Position numbers and translations under genes: made by a program. 64,000 nucleotides of DNA from Armatimonadetes bacterium CG2_30_59_28. GTDB taxonomy: Bacteria; Armatimonadota; Abditibacteriia; CG2-30-59-28. Location: assembly GCA_001872605.1 (NCBI GenBank), contig MNXM01000306.1, positions 6,291 to 70,290 of the forward strand. Reading direction: 5' to 3'. Within the stretch, counting starts at the first letter, position 1, and every line of letters starts with the position of its first letter. Under the pieces are notes generated by a model. It did no database searches, was not told the origin of the DNA, and saw only the letters and a program-made list of their open reading frames with translations. Positions 59,701 to 64,000 of the stretch are shown here, piece after piece.

Positions 59701-59832
59701 TGGGGACACGCGACCAACCGAATAGGCCGCCATCGAGATGGAAGTGAGCGAAAACAGCAGAAGCACTGCGGCAGGCACGGCAAAGCGCAGACGCGCGCCG
59801 GCTGTCGAACTGGTTGAGTTCGATCGATTCAT
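56797..59832 (-). CDS. Secreted protein with a TolB/PD40 beta-propeller, an Ig-like linker and five NBR1-Ig-like repeats
   Basis: Signal peptide (..LLFSLTSISMA) and repeated P.WSPDG motifs. Five repeats of 'P..M.....V...N.G...W.....YxW.....AP...G.Y.L.WDL....WF'. Confidence 0.85.
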   Translation of the reverse strand: MNRSNSTSSTAGARLRFAVPAAVLLLFSLTSISMAAYSVGRVSPLTRERETDAKPSFSPDGTKVVFVSGRQGNKDLWIMNADGTDPYRLTAALSPFQFYDDPAWSPDGKRIACASNRGSRGNPDIWIIDLERATQLQLTDNESIDWMPTWSPDGSQIAFVSDRNGADSLWVMQSDGSNPRLLVTGAWDPSWSPDGSIIAYFSLQPGKGGTWVIPCTGGEPNSVVRGLEQPSWSPNGSKLVGVMQRDSRRELWFASRGGGAAREAPAAGGSVSSPDWSPQGDSIVFDAALHNNQDVFVLQLRRQPPVAVISHPPADARVQGIVDILGSLNAATGTLKSGRVDYGVGENPSEWVSIRENITAPVQDGLLARWDTSGLSGVYTLRVAATDEEEDTAFATRQVKLLSDFGVEYLQHNTPTTMIGSQVYTVDLTLRNVGTMTWLNSGNNAVQISYRWIDDKGRITHGLKSPLPVPVNYEEQAVVQAQVRAPAEQGKYILEWDLRQGELLWFSQRNTSPIRVGVNVEMPYSVMFIGGRTPERMTPSQQYTVEVTIRNTGATSWQGTGEQPVGMGYHWYNMDGTPLDDPPLITAVPAVVPSGTEVKVDARVRAPDVQGKYVLRWDLRLGGNTWFSDMGATSLEAPVTVVSLYGVEYEERVIPSSMTPGEIYIANLRLKNTGSMKWYYQGPNAIGVGYRWIDDQGNTVSIPTSQPGGALTSLPYDVDPGRSAGVVAQVQSPVVPGTYTLQWDLVQGNSLWFSTQGSRPLDVGVIVARPSYAATFTARSHPNNMIVGQLYTVSISIRNTGTLTWALGGRNPVKLGYHWIDESGNNVESLPILTDLQRPVSLGEEVTLNAQTRAPDMPGVYTLKWDLFQEGQGWFSNRGASTVNIPVAVDSLYLAKFLSHDSPKTQVAGQTYTVRIRIQNTGALRWESGGPLPVQLSYRWLSGSGRTVVTKGLLTNLSTSVSKGDTVDVVARIQAPETPGDYTLKWDLIQGDLIWFAEKGSNPLEVQVDVR

Positions 59833-59922
59833 GGCGAGGCCTTTCTGATAGCGGGAGCGGCATACGGGGCAACACTGGGCCGTCACCCGTCGTATAGCCC
59901 TAACTCCAAAGTCTGAGGTGGT

Positions 59923-59951
59923 ATTCTACACGATAGGGAAGTGAACGTCAA
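59923..59951 (-). promoter_or_regulatory. sigma70-type promoter for the minus-strand locus
   Basis: On the minus strand: TTGACG (59951-59946), 17-bp spacer, TAGAAT (59928-59923). Confidence 0.7.
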
Positions 59952-59983
59952 CGTAAACAAGGATCGCGCGAGTGTCACGGACG

Positions 59984-60012
59984 TTGACCCTATCAGGTGA
60001 TTTTGGTACACT
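59984..60012 (+). promoter_or_regulatory. sigma70-type promoter for the divergent GT-C genes
   Basis: TTGACC (59984-59989), 17-bp spacer, TACACT (60007-60012) with a TGn extended -10. Confidence 0.7.
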
Positions 60013-60068
60013 CCATTTTGCCTGCAAACCCCTCGCAGGACTGCTCAGAGGAGAAGTCGGAGACAAAG

Positions 60069-61763
60069 GTGGCCGCCTTGCAGATTTCCCGCCGCGAAAA
60101 ACGCTGGCTGGTGGCGTTTTCGGTCGGCATCATGCTGTTGACGATGCTGCCGTATCTTTGCGCCTGGGGGATTACGCCACCCGGGATGCGATACCAGTGG
60201 CTCCTTTACAACCCCGATGAACCGAATGTCCACCTCGCATGGATGAGACAGGCTGCCGACGGGCACGCGGCATTTGTGGACCTTTTCACCACCGAACCTC
60301 AACCTCGGATGTTCGTCCATCTGCTTTTTCTTGCTTTGGGTCTGCTTTCGCGGGTTCTGCACCTTCCTTTGGTAACCACGTACCACGCATTCCGGATTCT
60401 CGCGGGGATTCTGCTGCTGCATTCCGTCTACTGGCTGGCCGCATATTTCTTTCGGTCAGTTTCTCTACGCAGGACAGCGGTCTGGGTGACCGCGGTCTCT
60501 TCCGGATTAGGGTGGCTTGCGTTCACGCTGAACGTTGCGTTCACGCTGAACGACGGCGGCTCTGCAAATCCCGACCTGTGGGGATTGCGCCCGGTGGACG
60601 TGAGCCGTGGTCTCATGATGCCGGAAGGATTCACGTTCCCGTCCTTGCTCCTCTATCCACTTTTCACCTTCTCCATGTTCCTGATGGTTTGCTGTTTTCT
60701 TTACCTGCTGTGGGGCATGGAGGGGAGCAGCCGCAAAGCCCTCATAGCAGCGGGGCTGTGCGGTTTGATCTTGGGCAACATTCATACCTACAATCTCCTC
60801 GTTGTATACGCTGTGCTGTTCTTCTATCTATTGACAGGGCCGAACCTGAAAAGGGCGTCTGTCCTACGTCCTTGTGGGAAGGTTGCTCTTTTCATTGCCA
60901 TCTCGTGCCCTGGTCTCATCTATCAATACATTAACTTCAGAACCAATCCCATCTTCCAGGAGAAGGCGCTCACACTGACTCACCCACAGCCTCCACTCGA
61001 CATGGCCGTCAGTTACGGAGCAGTACTGGCGTTAGCCGTTTTGGGAAGCGCCATGCTTCTCGAGAGGAAGCGCGAAGAGGTCTTTCTGGTCGTCTGGTTG
61101 TTTGTCGGCTCCGCGATCATTTACGCGCCCGTGTCTTTCTCCCGCAAGTTGATTGAGGGTCTGCACATCCCCATGAGCATCCTCGCCGCGTATGCCATCG
61201 TGCGTCTCATCAACGGACTGCTCCTCAAACGACGGACTGTTCGTTCCGCGGGTGGAGGACAGCAGCGACGTTTGCGAGGTGTTTTGATCGGGGTGGTCGT
61301 TCTCGGAATGAGTCTCTCGAACGTGCAGTTTCTGAAATTGGTGATGGAATGGGTGCCGGAGAATAACGCTTCACGGCTGGGGGCTTTGATGCCGCCGTAT
61401 TATCTTTCCGAGGACGACGTGGCTGCCACAGAGTGGCTGGAGAGTCACGCATCCGAGGACGCGATCGTTCTCTGTCTGCCGTACCTGGGGAGCTACCTCC
61501 CTTCGTTGACGGGGAAACGTGTGTTCATCGGTCATTGGGCTGAAACGCTGCGGTTCGCGGAAAAGCTGTCCTGGATTCGCGACTTCCTGGGTGGAGGCAC
61601 TCCGGCAGGTGGCATGGACGCGCTCGGCGAGTCTGGCCAGTCGGTCTACTTCGTTTACGGTCTCTACGAACGTCTGGTGACCCCCGCATGGGTTCCTCCG
61701 CCCGGGTGGAGAGAGGTCTTCCAGCGGGGCAGCGCCACAGTCTATCAGTACACGGGAACCTGA
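60069..61763 (+). CDS. Multi-pass membrane protein, predicted GT-C glycosyltransferase
   Basis: GTG at 60069 after GGAG. Loop NPDE..V.LAWMRQ...G...D.FT.E, many TM helices, and a C-terminal soluble domain with FIGHWAET. Confidence 0.7.
   Translation: MAALQISRREKRWLVAFSVGIMLLTMLPYLCAWGITPPGMRYQWLLYNPDEPNVHLAWMRQAADGHAAFVDLFTTEPQPRMFVHLLFLALGLLSRVLHLPLVTTYHAFRILAGILLLHSVYWLAAYFFRSVSLRRTAVWVTAVSSGLGWLAFTLNVAFTLNDGGSANPDLWGLRPVDVSRGLMMPEGFTFPSLLLYPLFTFSMFLMVCCFLYLLWGMEGSSRKALIAAGLCGLILGNIHTYNLLVVYAVLFFYLLTGPNLKRASVLRPCGKVALFIAISCPGLIYQYINFRTNPIFQEKALTLTHPQPPLDMAVSYGAVLALAVLGSAMLLERKREEVFLVVWLFVGSAIIYAPVSFSRKLIEGLHIPMSILAAYAIVRLINGLLLKRRTVRSAGGGQQRRLRGVLIGVVVLGMSLSNVQFLKLVMEWVPENNASRLGALMPPYYLSEDDVAATEWLESHASEDAIVLCLPYLGSYLPSLTGKRVFIGHWAETLRFAEKLSWIRDFLGGGTPAGGMDALGESGQSVYFVYGLYERLVTPAWVPPPGWREVFQRGSATVYQYTGT
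60517..60552 (+). repeat. Perfect 18-bp tandem duplication (TTGCGTTCACGCTGAACG x2), in frame
   Basis: Read directly; encodes AFTLN-V-AFTLN. Confidence 0.9.
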
Positions 61764-64000
61764 TGCGCCAACATGCACCCATCAAAGCGCCGCGCATATT
61801 TTCCAGCCTGCCCGGCTGGCCGAGGGATGCTGTCTGCTGCTTCTTATTGATTGTGCTCTCCGTTATCTTCCTCCACAAAGTCGTGTTCCTCGGGAAGGTT
61901 CTTCTTCCGGCGGATTTGCTGCTTCTGATGCCTCCGTGGAAATCCCATGCCGCAGAGATGTTCCCGGATTTTCATCGCGTCTACAACCCGATGCTCGATG
62001 TGATCCAGCAATACTATCCATGGCGGCTGTTCTCCTCAACCTGGATTCGTGAAGGAGTGCTTCCCCTTTGGAATCCCCACATGTTCTCCGGGACATCTTT
62101 CGTGGCGAACGGGCAATCTGCCATCTTCTATCCGCTGAACCTGCTCTTCTGCCTGATGCCGGTCAAGTTGGCGTTTGGATGGACGGCGGTGATGCATCTC
62201 GCCCTGATCGGGGTCAGCACCTACGGGTTCCTGCGGTGCATCCTGGCGCGCCGCGTCGCTGCGCTCACGGGTGCCGTCGCCTTCATGTTCTGCGGCTTTA
62301 TCTCAGCGTGGCTCGAGTTCACGACGTTCCTCTGCACGGCGACATGGCTGCCCATTTCTCTGTACATCTTCGAGCGGACGGTTTGCCGTCATTCATCGGT
62401 CGCGTCGGACCCAACACCACCCTCTCGGTTTTACGTCGGCATGTCGCTGACCGGACTTTCCCTGGGAATGGCTCTCCTGGCAGGACACCTGCAGATCGGG
62501 CTTTATGTGTGGCTCACCTTCGGGGCGTATGCGGCCTACCGAATGATTTCCGTCGGCAGCGTCATTCCAGGTCGCAGCCAGGAACGCGCACGCACGCCCA
62601 CACGCCCGCACTCGCCTGGCCGTTTTCTCTCAAGGGTTGTCTTAGCCGTGATGATCGGGCTTTTTGTTGGCGCGCCCCAGTGGTTGCCGGTGATGGAGCT
62701 GACCCACTTCAGCACCCGCGCGGGGGAATTCCGCCTTGAGAGCATTTGGGGAGCCCGATTGACGGTTACGCACCTGCTGACATTCCTCGTGCCCAACTTC
62801 TTCGGCAACCCGGTAGACTACAATTACTGGGGTTCGTTCAACTTCATTGAGTTGTCCGGCAGCATTGGGGTCGTGGCTCTTCTGCTCTGGGTCCCCGCTC
62901 TCGTCGCCCTCTTCCGACGGAAAGCCGACAGATGCGAGTCGCCCGACTCGCATCAGCAGACCGGTTTCTGGTTGGCCCTTCTCCTCGTCAGCATGTCTAT
63001 CGCCATGCTGACACCGCTCTACTACGTCTTCGTCCATTGCATCCCCGGGTTCGCGCAATTGCGGGGTCCCGCACGGGCACTGCTAATGATCGACTTCTCA
63101 GGGGCTGTGCTGGCAGCGCACGGTGTCGAAGCGCTGCTGAGACGCGTGGACGGAGAATCGAGACGCGCCCTGCACCGCGCCACGCTCATCGTTGCTGGAC
63201 TGCTCACGGGAGTGATGATGGTGGGTGTCCTGTTTCTTGCGCAGGAGTATCTGTCCGATTTTTTCTTCTCCTACGGAATGCGACAACTTGCCGTATTCGC
63301 GTGGTTCCTGGTCGTCGGAGTTCTGCTAATGCGCCGGGTGTCTCAGCGCCCATCAAATAACGGCAACGCCTACCAGCTCCCCTCGCTGGGGAGTCCTGCA
63401 ATGTTGGCGTACTTCCTCCCTGTTCTGGTCGCGGTGGAATTGTTTGTCGCCGACATGCGTTTCAACCCGCAACTTGATGCGGAGATGGTTTACTTCGACA
63501 CCCCGTCAACGCGCTACTTGCAGGAGGACCCGTCCATGTTCCGCGTGCTTGGCATCGGGACGAGTTTCCTGAACTGGTTACCATCCAATACGCTGATGTC
63601 CTTGGGACTGGAGGAGATTCAGGGGTCGGACTCGCTGTGGACGAGAAACTACGCAGGCTATCTGAACGACGTACAACCGGGCGCGCCAACATTCGGGTGG
63701 AACAGTCAACTTTCTCCGCGGTTGGATGATCTCAACGTGAAGTACGTGCTCGCACCCCCCAACATGGGCCTCGAGCCTCCTCCGGGAGAACTGATCCTTG
63801 ACGGCGACCTGCGGATCTATCGGAGACCGCACCCGAAGCCGAGATGTTATGTCGACGATGGCCGGGCATTGGAGTATCACTGGTTGAATCCTAACCACTT
63901 GCGGGTGCAAATTGGCGAGGGATCTGCCGGTGACACGGCCCTCCACTGGTCCAACGCGTGCTATCCTGGTTGGCAGGTGTGGGTCGATGGACAGCGAGGG
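61763..64000 (+). CDS. YfhO-family membrane glycosyltransferase (GT-C), 3' truncated by the window
   Basis: Absent from the ORF track because it has no stop in the window. TGATG coupling at 61761-61765. My translation gives D...QYYPW, PLWNPHMFSGTSFVANGQSAIFYP and, in the same frame at the window end, YPGWQVWVDG. Confidence 0.85.
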   Translation, partial: MRQHAPIKAPRIFSSLPGWPRDAVCCFLLIVLSVIFLHKVVFLGKVLLPADLLLLMPPWKSHAAEMFPDFHRVYNPMLDVIQQYYPWRLFSSTWIREGVLPLWNPHMFSGTSFVANGQSAIFYPLNLLFCLMPVKLAFGWTAVMHLALIGVSTYGFLRCILARRVAALTGAVAFMFCGFISAWLEFTTFLCTATWLPISLYIFERTVCRHSSVASDPTPPSRFYVGMSLTGLSLGMALLAGHLQIGLYVWLTFGAYAAYRMISVGSVIPGRSQERARTPTRPHSPGRFLSRVVLAVMIGLFVGAPQWLPVMELTHFSTRAGEFRLESIWGARLTVTHLLTFLVPNFFGNPVDYNYWGSFNFIELSGSIGVVALLLWVPALVALFRRKADRCESPDSHQQTGFWLALLLVSMSIAMLTPLYYVFVHCIPGFAQLRGPARALLMIDFSGAVLAAHGVEALLRRVDGESRRALHRATLIVAGLLTGVMMVGVLFLAQEYLSDFFFSYGMRQLAVFAWFLVVGVLLMRRVSQRPSNNGNAYQLPSLGSPAMLAYFLPVLVAVELFVADMRFNPQLDAEMVYFDTPSTRYLQEDPSMFRVLGIGTSFLNWLPSNTLMSLGLEEIQGSDSLWTRNYAGYLNDVQPGAPTFGWNSQLSPRLDDLNVKYVLAPPNMGLEPPPGELILDGDLRIYRRPHPKPRCYVDDGRALEYHWLNPNHLRVQIGEGSAGDTALHWSNACYPGWQVWVDGQRG

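Overview
This is a GC-rich bacterial chromosomal window with three parts. (1) 1-17.9 kb on the + strand: the end of a DUF6036-like nucleotidyltransferase with a small partner gene, two GT2 genes and a methyltransferase, then a hairpin-rich intergenic region. A sigma70 promoter then leads into galT-like, a GAF/PAS/GAF histidine kinase, a stand-alone receiver and glgC. These are followed by a SigB/SigF-type sigma factor fused to a degenerate GGDEF domain, cysS, a VanW/G5 protein and several envelope proteins. (2) 17.9-59.8 kb: about 36 co-oriented minus-strand genes forming a large surface-glycan locus. It starts with a PD40 + five-Ig-repeat secreted protein and wzm/wzt. It encodes a pseudaminic-acid pathway (pseB, pseC, pseF, pseI) with unusual tailoring genes, a gmd/aminotransferase/cupin/methyltransferase module, many glycosyltransferases and GT-C membrane enzymes. 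(3) 60-64 kb on the + strand: two GT-C-type membrane proteins, the second YfhO-like and running off the window end. The most notable observations are the sigma-GGDEF fusion with an intact RxxD I-site, a ~3 kb two-gene cassette bounded by direct repeats copied from a gene 3' end, a double-formyltransferase/deacetylase pseudaminic pathway with no recognisable pseG, and an amidase located where HisH/HisF usually partner a sugar amidotransferase. I recognised no rRNA, tRNA, CRISPR array or transposase. Gene content is reminiscent of Armatimonadota-type genomes, which is inference only. All family assignments come from motifs read by eye; no database searches were run.
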